Shown here: one piece after another, positions 50,301-57,611 of the stretch
How the letters are laid out: every line of letters begins with the position of its first letter
Numbering within the stretch: the first letter of the stretch is position 1
Source: an uncultured bacterium
GTDB lineage: Bacteria > Armatimonadota > Abditibacteriia > Abditibacteriales > Abditibacteriaceae
Length of the DNA: 64,000 nt
Reading direction: 5' to 3'
Assembly (NCBI GenBank): GCA_963843795.1
Contig: CAWJLW010000006.1
Coordinates: 1,860,001-1,924,000 of the forward strand
The notes under the pieces: generated by a model
Seen by the model: the letters and a program-made list of their open reading frames with translations, nothing else
Told to the model about the DNA's origin: nothing
Database searches by the model: none
Translations under genes and position numbers: made by a program

Positions 50301-50640
50301 TTGGCCCATCGCCGCGATCTGCGAAGAAGCCAGCTTCGGTGTCCAAACGCAAACCGGCCTTGCGTGAAGTCGAATCGCTGCCATGGCATGCGAAACAATT
50401 GCCCGCCAGAATCGGGCGAATATCGCGGTTGAACTGCAACTTTTCATCAGCTTTTTTCGCCGATGACTGCGCATCAACAGCTGCGCCGGCTTTGGGAACC
50501 ACAACGCTCACATCGGCCAAACGCGCTGTCCAAAGCTGAATTTTTTGTGGCGCGGAGGTCAGCGGTGCGGCCAGAGAAGTCGCTTCAAAGGTAAGAACAG
50601 CCAGCAATAACGACGAGATCAAACAGAAAAAACGTGTCAT
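47317..50640 (-). CDS. Planctomycete-type cytochrome c / DUF1549 / LamG / DUF1553 protein
   Basis: CFACHG and CAGCHDHK heme motifs, WLDAARYADT, LamG insert, ARVTVNRFWQ, TNTPLQSL. Confidence 0.9.
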   Translation of the reverse strand: MTRFFCLISSLLLAVLTFEATSLAAPLTSAPQKIQLWTARLADVSVVVPKAGAAVDAQSSAKKADEKLQFNRDIRPILAGNCFACHGSDSTSRKAGLRLDTEAGFFADRGDGPTIVAGQPDKSPLYQRISASDPEDRMPPPEAHKTLSVEQIALVRRWISEGAAWQPHWSFLKPERPELPKVKDVKWVSNPIDNFVLARLESANLTPAAPAPRNALARRVALDLTGLPPDPQVLADFINDRAPNAYEKFVDALLASPRYGEHRARYWLDAARYADTHGMHFDNYREMWPYRDWVIGAFNRNEPFNQFTTEQIAGDLLPDPTQDQLVATGFHRSNMTTNEGGTIEAENLAMYANDRASTTGWVFSGLTMNCAGCHDHKFDPTTQKDFYAMTAFFRNTTQGALDGNVKDGRGPVITVINDPDDRARWEELPRLTRLAKTRVETQRKRAQPQFEAWLSKLKSADFQVPKEGLVLHAPLNEGSGDQSTLQVLADHSLSDKTLSSGANLQWKSDGKLGAAAVIDDKHVWQIGEVGDFERDASWSYGAWVKPSETGGALMARMDEGNDFRGWDLWQQGGNFAAHFIHKWPMNALKMATTDNPLKTNQWQHVFVTYDGTGKPEGVQIYVNGKAANIKVEGEANTLSDSIRNSVPFRIGGRSSGSIVTGAQIQDVRVYNRKLDAKEIEQIAQNTVFSAVLALPVEKRSADQTTSLLTHYLNTQDEKYGELSRAVVNLESERMALQSKYPITHVQQEKTDSKAMANILIRGAYDHPGDVVEANTPAFLNPLPKGAPHNRLGLAQWIVSPDNPLTARVTVNRFWQELFGVGIVKTSEDFGIMGEAPTHPELLDWLAVEFQSDWDVKRLFKLMVMSSTYRQAAVSTPLKNELDRDNRLLSRGPRFRMDGEMLRDSALEASGLLKTKMGGPSVKPYNPDGLWNITGLPESDTRKYEMSKGEDLYRRSVYSFWKRMSPPANLEIFNAPSREVSCTRRERTNTPLQSLVMMNDPQFVEAARVLATNALIANKAKTGQKHDDETLDFLTRHLISRTFNARERAIVRASLTEILANYKAKPNDAKALIAVGASAPDTEIDAPILAAWTMVASQVMNLDEALNK

Positions 50641-50872
50641 AACAAAAAGAAAGTGCCAATGTTTTTTACCCCATAACGAGAGTTTTTCATCATTGTCGCA
50701 AGTATTTCATTTTACTGACACGTGTGTGAGCTTTTGGTTGTGATGATTTGTGGATGAGATTTACATTAGATTTGGTTTTCTAAATTCTTCACGCTCGGCG
50801 TGGTCAGATTATGGATTTACAACAGAGTTTTTGGCCAAACCAAGAATTTTTTGAAATTTTTGACGAAAGCGC

Positions 50873-50901
50873 TTGACGCGGGTGTGAAAATCGGGTAAAT
50901 T
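50873..50901 (+). promoter_or_regulatory. Putative sigma-70 promoter of the tRNA pair
   Basis: TTGACG-N17-TAAATT with an AT-rich upstream region. Confidence 0.6.
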
Positions 50902-50952
50902 TTTCTTCTGCCGGTCGTTGCGAACACGTTGAAAATTAGTGACGCGAAAGGC

Positions 50953-51025
50953 GCGCGAGTAGCTTAGCGGCCAAAGCAACACGTTTACACCGTGTCTATC
51001 GGGGGTTCGAGTCCCTCCTTGCGCA
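50953..51025 (+). tRNA. tRNA-Val(TAC)
   Basis: Acceptor GCGCGAG/CTTGCGC, anticodon arm ACACG-TTTACAC-CGTGT, T loop TTCGAGT; CCA not encoded. Confidence 0.92.
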
Positions 51026-51041
51026 GTTGTCTTTATAATCT

Positions 51042-51114
51042 GGTCCCGTGGTGTAGTGGTTAACATGCCTGCCTGTCACGCAGGAGATCGCCGGTTCAAG
51101 TCCGGTCGGGACCG
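51042..51114 (+). tRNA. tRNA-Asp(GTC)
   Basis: Acceptor GGTCCCG/CGGGACC, anticodon arm CCTGC-CTGTCAC-GCAGG, T loop TTCAAGT; CCA not encoded. Confidence 0.95.
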
Positions 51115-51120
51115 TTCTCA

Positions 51121-51220
51121 GAAATGCCGAATTTCAATGATGAATTTCATTGGAATTCGGCATTTTTCGTTTACGATATTCCAAAAAACATCCTGCAAGT
51201 ACTTGCAGGATGTTTTTTGG
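51121..51220. terminator. Tandem terminator hairpins after the tRNAs
   Basis: AAATGCCGAATT...AATTCGGCATTTTT, then perfect 40-bp palindrome CCAAAAAACATCCTGCAAGTACTTGCAGGATGTTTTTTGG (51181-51220). Confidence 0.8.
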
Positions 51221-51272
51221 TGATACTTCGCGTCGTGCTGTCAAAATTCCGGTCATACTACTTTTAACCTTC

Positions 51273-51845
51273 ATGATTTTGCAACAGTTACGCGATATCA
51301 CACACGACGCTCATCGACAATTGGAGGGGCGCGTTAATTTGCTGGGGCGAGAATGGTCGCTCGAATTCTATCGCGCTCTGCTGGAGAAATTTTACGGTTT
51401 CTATGCACCTCTCGAACCAGCAATTTTCGCTCATTTGCAATGGCAGGATTGGAATTTCGCTGTTGAACCGCGTCGCAAAATTCATTGGCTGCACAGAGAT
51501 TTACAATTTCTGGGTTTGAGCGCAGCGCAAATTTCGGCTTTGCCGCACAGCAAGTACTTGCCACGCGCCGATAATTTCGCGCGCGCCGTGGGCTGTGCTT
51601 ACGTTTTGGAAGGTTCGACATTGGGCGGGCAAATCATCGCGCGTCATTTGAAAAAACAGTTGAACTTACCATCCGACGGGTGTCGATTTTTCGCAGCTTA
51701 CGGCGAACGAACTGGCGCGATGTGGCGCGAATTCGTCGCGCTGCTCAGTGATTACGAAACTTCCCAAAAGGAACGCTCCGAATTGTTGGAAAGCGCGCGC
51801 ATGACATTTGGCGCATTGGAATGTTGGTTGGGGAAAACGTTGTGA
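51273..51845 (+). CDS. bphO: Biliverdin-producing heme oxygenase
   Basis: LRDITHDAHRQLE, YVLEGSTLGG, FFAAYG..TGAMW; directly upstream of a phytochrome. Confidence 0.9.
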   Translation: MILQQLRDITHDAHRQLEGRVNLLGREWSLEFYRALLEKFYGFYAPLEPAIFAHLQWQDWNFAVEPRRKIHWLHRDLQFLGLSAAQISALPHSKYLPRADNFARAVGCAYVLEGSTLGGQIIARHLKKQLNLPSDGCRFFAAYGERTGAMWREFVALLSDYETSQKERSELLESARMTFGALECWLGKTL

Positions 51846-51848
51846 ATT

Positions 51849-54257
51849 GTGATTTCGAGTAATTTTATGAACGTTGAGGAAAATAGCAGTGGCATCGATA
51901 GCTCGGGTGTCGAAAATGACATTGTGAGCGAGGTAGAAGAAAATAATGTCGCGCCGAGTGTGGATATTGCCGATTGCGACCGTGAGCCGATTCACATTCC
52001 GGGCTTCATTCAGCCGCACGGAATGTTGTTGGCTTTGAACGAAGGCGACCTAACCATCACGCAGGCTAGCGCCAACACATTGCCGCATATGGGACGCACG
52101 GCGCGCGAACTTAACAGCGTGCATATCAGCGAAATTCTCGATGAAATGTCGCTTTTTGCTTTGTATGCGGCTTTAGACGGCGATCACATCAGCCAAAAGC
52201 CATTACAAATTTTCAGCACTCATCTGGGCGACGATGATTTTCACGTTCTGGCGCATCGTTACGATGGCGTGCTGATTTTAGAATGGGAGCGTGCCGTTCT
52301 CAGCACAATTTCTTCGCACAATTTGTATGCAATGGTCAGCAGCGCCGTAGCGCGTCTGGAAAGCGCGCCCGATAGCGACGAGCTATGCCGCATCGCGGCG
52401 ACTGAAATGCGGCGCTTGACGGGTTTGGACAAGGTGATGATTTATCTGTTCGACAGCAGTTGGAACGGAACGGTCGTGGCCGAATCTAAAGCCGAGGAAA
52501 TGGAATCTTATCTGCATCTGCGCTTTCCGGCTTCAGATATTCCGCGTCAAGCGCGCGATTTATACTTGCTCAATAAATTGCGTTTGATTGCCGATGTTCA
52601 CGCGACGCCGGTTCCGGTTGTGCCCAACCCCAATCCGCAAACTGAGCGCGCTTTGAACATGACTTATTCGACTTTACGCAGCGTATCGCCAATTCATATC
52701 GAATATTTGAAAAATATGGGAGTGGGCGCTTCCATGTCGGTTTCCATTGCCCGCGAAAACGAACTGACGGGATTGTTTGCCTGTCATCATCGCACTGCCA
52801 AGTACTTGTCACACGAAGTGCGTACCGCGTGCGAATTTCTGGGGCAAGTACTTGCTCTGCAACTCGCGGCACTACAACGTAACGCCGACCGCGAGCGGCG
52901 TTTGCGCGCCGCGCAAATCAACGCATTTTTGCTGGAAAAGATGTCTCACAGCGAAAATTACATCAACGCCTTGCAAGAATATCAGAATGAATTGCTTTCA
53001 CTCACCGATGCCGAAGGCGCGGCGCTTTGTAAGGGCAATACTTGCGTTTTGGTCGGCAAAACGCCGACCAAAAGCGCTGTGATTCGCATCGCGCAATGGC
53101 TCAAAGATCAGAAAAGCGAAGTTGTGGCGACACGAGAATTGAACAAAAGTATGGAAAACGCGCCCGACACCAAAAGCGCGTGCGGTGTTTTAGCGATTTC
53201 GACTTCGGTTTTGCATGGCAACTTTATCATCTGGTTTCGGCCCGAAATCACCCACACGGTGAACTGGGCTGGCAATCCGAACAAATCGGTCACTCAGGTC
53301 GCTGCTGCGGAAGAGGGAAAAGCGGCGCACCTGCATCCGCGTCAATCGTTTGAAGTTTGGAAAGAAACCGTGCGCGGACATTCGGCAGCGTGGTGCGAAC
53401 TCGAAGTGAACGCGGCGGGCAAGTTGCGAGAAGCGATTGTAGAAATCGTGCTGCGGCAAGCCGAAGAACGCGCTCAACTTTCGACGCAACTGGAACACAG
53501 CAATCAAGAATTGGAATCGTTTTCCTATTCGGTATCGCACGATTTGCGCGCACCCTTCCGCCACATCACCGGCTTTGCCAACCTGCTGCGCAAATACTTG
53601 GGCGATTCGCTGGATGAAACCGGAACGCGCTATTTAAACACCATTAGCGAATCGGCGGAATATGGTGGCACTCTGGTCGATAACGTGCTCGCGTTTTCGC
53701 GCATGGGACGAGCCGAAATGCGCATGGGCCGTCTCGATATGGCGCAGTTAGTTCAAGAAACGCGCGCCAGTTTCGATGAAGAGAACACAAACCATGAAAT
53801 CGAGTGGAACATTGGCCCGCTGCCAGTCATACACGGCGATTTGCAGATGATACGTCTGGCCATCCAGAATCTTTTTTCCAATGCCGTAAAATATTCACGG
53901 AATCGCGAACGGACAGTAATTACAATGTCGTGTGTCGAGACAGAAGAAGAATGGATTTTTGCAGTTGAAGATAACGGCGTTGGCTTCGATATGCAGTATG
54001 TCAACAAATTATTCGGTGTTTTCCAACGCTTGCATCGCGCCGAAGAATATGAAGGCACTGGCATCGGTCTGGCGAATACACGTCGCATCGTGGAGCGGCA
54101 CGGCGGACGCATCTGGGCCGAAAGCCAAATCGACGGAGGCGCGAAATTTAGTTTTGCGTTACCCAAACAACCTTTGCAAATGCAAAGCGGTGAACGGAAA
54201 AGCGAAGAATCCAATGGCGAAGAGTTGAAAAGCTGGACGACTTCAGAGGAATTATGA
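51849..54257 (+). CDS. bphP: Bacteriophytochrome histidine kinase (PAS-GAF-PHY-HisKA-HATPase)
   Basis: CDREPIHIPGFIQPHG (BV-attachment Cys), PASDIP, SPIHIEYL, PRQSF tongue, SHDLRAP. Start is either GTG 51849 or ATG 51867. Confidence 0.95.
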   Translation: MISSNFMNVEENSSGIDSSGVENDIVSEVEENNVAPSVDIADCDREPIHIPGFIQPHGMLLALNEGDLTITQASANTLPHMGRTARELNSVHISEILDEMSLFALYAALDGDHISQKPLQIFSTHLGDDDFHVLAHRYDGVLILEWERAVLSTISSHNLYAMVSSAVARLESAPDSDELCRIAATEMRRLTGLDKVMIYLFDSSWNGTVVAESKAEEMESYLHLRFPASDIPRQARDLYLLNKLRLIADVHATPVPVVPNPNPQTERALNMTYSTLRSVSPIHIEYLKNMGVGASMSVSIARENELTGLFACHHRTAKYLSHEVRTACEFLGQVLALQLAALQRNADRERRLRAAQINAFLLEKMSHSENYINALQEYQNELLSLTDAEGAALCKGNTCVLVGKTPTKSAVIRIAQWLKDQKSEVVATRELNKSMENAPDTKSACGVLAISTSVLHGNFIIWFRPEITHTVNWAGNPNKSVTQVAAAEEGKAAHLHPRQSFEVWKETVRGHSAAWCELEVNAAGKLREAIVEIVLRQAEERAQLSTQLEHSNQELESFSYSVSHDLRAPFRHITGFANLLRKYLGDSLDETGTRYLNTISESAEYGGTLVDNVLAFSRMGRAEMRMGRLDMAQLVQETRASFDEENTNHEIEWNIGPLPVIHGDLQMIRLAIQNLFSNAVKYSRNRERTVITMSCVETEEEWIFAVEDNGVGFDMQYVNKLFGVFQRLHRAEEYEGTGIGLANTRRIVERHGGRIWAESQIDGGAKFSFALPKQPLQMQSGERKSEESNGEELKSWTTSEEL

Positions 54258-54727
54258 GCGAATTGAAACGAATTTTACTGGTCGAAGATACGTCCAACGA
54301 TGTCGAACTGACATTGGCGGCTTTAGAAGAAGCACATCTGGCCAACGAAGTTGTTGTCGTGCGCGATGGTGCCGAAGCGCTCGATTACCTCTTCGAACGC
54401 GGCGAATTCAATGGACGTATGCCCGGTTTGCCCGCTGTGGTTTTGCTCGATTTGAAGCTACCAAAAATCGACGGGTTGGAAGTTTTAGAACGCATCAAGT
54501 CGGATAATGCCCTGCGCATCGTTCCGGTTGTCATGCTAACCTCATCGCGCGAAGAACGCGATCTTGTGCGCTCATACGATTTGGGCGTCAATGCCTATGT
54601 CGTTAAACCAGTCGATTTCGTGGAATTTGCTCAAGCGCTGCGCGATCTGGGTTTGTTCTGGGCCGTCATCAACGAACCCCCACCCGGTACCACACCCGCC
54701 AGACCACGCGCATTGGTGCGTAAATAA
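54254..54727 (+). CDS. Single-domain response regulator (Rcp/BphR-like)
   Basis: ILLVED, LLDLKLP, LTSS, YVVKP, FW; ATGA overlap with bphP. Confidence 0.92.
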   Translation: MSELKRILLVEDTSNDVELTLAALEEAHLANEVVVVRDGAEALDYLFERGEFNGRMPGLPAVVLLDLKLPKIDGLEVLERIKSDNALRIVPVVMLTSSREERDLVRSYDLGVNAYVVKPVDFVEFAQALRDLGLFWAVINEPPPGTTPARPRALVRK

Positions 54728-54783
54728 ACCCAGACCAACTACGCGGCCATTGTGGCAAGACAAGAGATGAAGATGTCGCCAGT

Positions 54784-56529
54784 GTGCCGTGCAAGAACTT
54801 GCAGAGTGTTCTACGAAGTAAAGGAAATACCATCGCCAAACTGCGCATTCTTTTATTGGAAGACAGTCCGTTAGATGCGGATTTAATTATCGACCATCTC
54901 GATAGTGATGGGCTGCGCTGCGACGTGATTCGAGTACAAACGAGTGCCGAATATACCCACGCACTGGAAGAATCGAGCGTATCGCATAACGGTTTCGATT
55001 GCATTCTGGCCGATTACACTCTGCCCGGTTTCAATGGCATCAGCGCGCTCGAATTGGCGCGCGAAAGGTGTCCGCAAATTCCATTTATCTTCGTTTCCGG
55101 TCAATTAGGCGAAGAGCTTGCCATCGACACACTCAAGCGCGGTGCTACCGATTACGTAGTAAAAAATCGACTGGCGCGCTTGGTGCCAGCCATTAAGCGC
55201 GCGCTGGGTGAAGCACGCGCGCGCAACGAACGAGTGCGCATCGAAAGCACGCTGCGCGTTTTGTCTGAGGCCAGTCTGGTGTTATCATCGTTGGATTACG
55301 CCACGACTCTGGAGCACGTTTCTCGTCTGGCCGTTCCGCATTTCGCCGATTATTGTGTGGTTGATGTGTTGGACGAAAACGATTCTCTCAAGCGCGTAGC
55401 CGTCGCACACGCACGTCCGGAATGCGAAGCATTAGCGCAGCAGTTGATGAACTTCGAGCCGCTGCCGCACGAACATCCGGTGTGGGAAGTTATCACGTCG
55501 GGACGTTCGCAGATTTTTACCGATCTGACGGACGGCGCTTTAAGCACGAGCTTTCACAACGAAGAACACAAAGCCATTCTCAAAAAATTGGGTTTTTACT
55601 CCTGCATGATAGTGCCTTTAATGGCCGAAGGTAGCGCGCTGGGCGTAATGATTTTCGTTTCGGATTCGCCTTCGCGCCGCTATCAACCGCTGGATACCAC
55701 GCTGGCCGAAGATTTGGCTCGGCGTTGCGCACTGGCGGTCGATAACGCGAAGTTGCACCAAAAAACTCTCGAAACGCTGCGCGCGCGCGATGAATTTCTG
55801 GCGGTTTTATCGCACGAGCTGCGCTCGCCGCTCACTTCCATACTGGGATGGATTCATCTGCTACAAGATGAAGGTCTCGACGATACGATGCGCCGTCATG
55901 GTTTACAAGTCATCGAACGCAACACCAAAGCGCAAGCGCAACTCATCGAAGATTTGCTCGAAGTTTCGCGCATTATCACAGGCCGCATGCATTTAAAAAT
56001 GGCGCCGGTTGATATGACCGACATCGTGCAAACTGTGATGAGTTCGATGTTGCCCGCCTCGCGCGCCAAAGAAGTCGAATTGAATTTTACGGTGCGAGCC
56101 ACTTCGACAATTGTTCAGGGCGAAGCCGCGCGTTTGCAACAGGTGGTATGGAACCTGGTTTCCAACGCCATCAAATTTACGCCCACCGATGGACGCGTCG
56201 ATATCGAACTGGAAGACGACGGCAAATTTTTGCGTTTGGAAGTGCGCGACAGCGGTCAGGGCATTGCGCCCGAATTTCTGCCCTTTGTTTTCGACCGCTT
56301 TCGTCAGGCCGATAGCAGCAGCACGCGCCAACATGGCGGCTTGGGTTTAGGTTTATCTATTGTGCGCCATATCACCGAAATGCACGGAGGCACTGTCCAC
56401 GCTCACAGCGAGGGCGAAGGAAGCGGCGCGGCTCTCAGCGTGCGCTTGCCACGTCGCAGCGTATCCGAAGAATCCAATGCGCAACCCTACTCGGAATTTT
56501 TAGCCCAGACAGTTTCATCTCCCGCTTGA
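54784..56529 (+). CDS. Hybrid sensor kinase (REC-GAF-HisKA-HATPase)
   Basis: ILLLEDS...ADY..P, GAF region, SHELRSPL, NLVSNAIKFT, GGLGLGL; start codon uncertain. Confidence 0.9.
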   Translation: MPCKNLQSVLRSKGNTIAKLRILLLEDSPLDADLIIDHLDSDGLRCDVIRVQTSAEYTHALEESSVSHNGFDCILADYTLPGFNGISALELARERCPQIPFIFVSGQLGEELAIDTLKRGATDYVVKNRLARLVPAIKRALGEARARNERVRIESTLRVLSEASLVLSSLDYATTLEHVSRLAVPHFADYCVVDVLDENDSLKRVAVAHARPECEALAQQLMNFEPLPHEHPVWEVITSGRSQIFTDLTDGALSTSFHNEEHKAILKKLGFYSCMIVPLMAEGSALGVMIFVSDSPSRRYQPLDTTLAEDLARRCALAVDNAKLHQKTLETLRARDEFLAVLSHELRSPLTSILGWIHLLQDEGLDDTMRRHGLQVIERNTKAQAQLIEDLLEVSRIITGRMHLKMAPVDMTDIVQTVMSSMLPASRAKEVELNFTVRATSTIVQGEAARLQQVVWNLVSNAIKFTPTDGRVDIELEDDGKFLRLEVRDSGQGIAPEFLPFVFDRFRQADSSSTRQHGGLGLGLSIVRHITEMHGGTVHAHSEGEGSGAALSVRLPRRSVSEESNAQPYSEFLAQTVSSPA

Positions 56530-56591
56530 AATTTGAATCTTTCAATTCCCAGCAAGTACTTGCTGCGAATTGAATTGGTTTTTGAGCTACG

Positions 56592-56626
56592 AAAATGGCC
56601 CCGCAAGTACTTGCGGGGCCATTTTT
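56592..56626. terminator. Bidirectional palindrome-cored terminator
   Basis: AAAATGGCCCCGCAAGTACTTGCGGGGCCATTTT between convergent genes. Confidence 0.82.
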
Positions 56627-56668
56627 CGCGTTTATGCGAAATCGCGTTTATGCGAAATCGCAGCCTTA

Positions 56669-57421
56669 TCAGTTACAGCCAATGTTGGGATCGAAACACG
56701 GCATACGGTTGGGCCAGTTCACGTTGATGTCATAAAACTTATCTACGCGCTGCGATTTGACGTGCCCGTCGACGTATAATACGTTCGCAGTTTCCAAATG
56801 GCGCGCGGAGGGCGCAGCAAAATCTTCTCCCTTACCTTCGGTATCGGTCGTATCCGTGCCAATAAAGGGACGAATCAGAAACGCCTTGCCTTTGGGCTGA
56901 CTCAGCCAGTCAACCGGATTAGCAGAACCGGTCGGATTGGTGCCGCCATCGACTACAGAAATTGTATTGCTGGGCGCTTGAATCGACGCGTCCGAAGAGC
57001 GCGCAATATCAGTGTTGTATAAATAGCTGATGTGGAACTGCTGATCGGCCGTAAGGCCGCTCATCCAGTAATCGTTAACGTCGCGCACTGAATCACTCGG
57101 ACACTGAAAAATCTGTGTGCTCTTGATATATGGCTGCACGATGTTCGCCCACGTCGCGCCATTACCTCCGCCCGGCCCAATAGTTCGACGAGGATACAAT
57201 TCATCGTAATCCTGCGTATATTGAATGATACCCAGACCAATCTGCTTCAGATTGCTGGAACAGCTCGCTCGGCGCGCGTTTTCGCGCGCTCGCGCAAAAA
57301 CCGGAAATAAAATCGCCGCCAAAATAGCAATAATTGCGATGACAACTAAAAGTTCAATGAGTGTAAAACCCTTGCGCGCCGTTGAACTGTGTGTTTTGCC
57401 GTGTGTGATATGTGTCTTCAT
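56669..57421 (-). CDS. DUF1559 prepilin-type N-methylation protein with H-X9-DG motif
   Basis: [56 protein letters not shown]. Confidence 0.93.
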   Translation of the reverse strand: MKTHITHGKTHSSTARKGFTLIELLVVIAIIAILAAILFPVFARARENARRASCSSNLKQIGLGIIQYTQDYDELYPRRTIGPGGGNGATWANIVQPYIKSTQIFQCPSDSVRDVNDYWMSGLTADQQFHISYLYNTDIARSSDASIQAPSNTISVVDGGTNPTGSANPVDWLSQPKGKAFLIRPFIGTDTTDTEGKGEDFAAPSARHLETANVLYVDGHVKSQRVDKFYDINVNWPNRMPCFDPNIGCN

Positions 57422-57562
57422 TCCTACCTCCACAAAATAAGCCCAAAGCGCGTCCTGTTAACGATCTCTGCGCGCTTCATGCTTTCATCCGACGCATCGG
57501 TCTCCGGCAGGTTGTGCAGTTTCACCTTAAGATTCGTTAAGTTTTGTCAAGCAGGCAACGAA

Positions 57563-57594
57563 AAAAGCCCCCGCAAGTACTTGCGGGGGCTTTT
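57563..57594. terminator. Palindrome-cored terminator after the GH127 gene
   Basis: AAAAGCCCCCGCAAGTACTTGCGGGGGCTTTT. Confidence 0.82.
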
Positions 57595-57611
57595 GGGAAG
57601 TTAATTATTGG

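Noticed and set aside
50953..56529. Phytochrome cluster as an island integrated at tRNA-Asp
   Set aside because: No integrase and no duplicated tRNA 3' end seen; the cluster carries the host palindrome several times.
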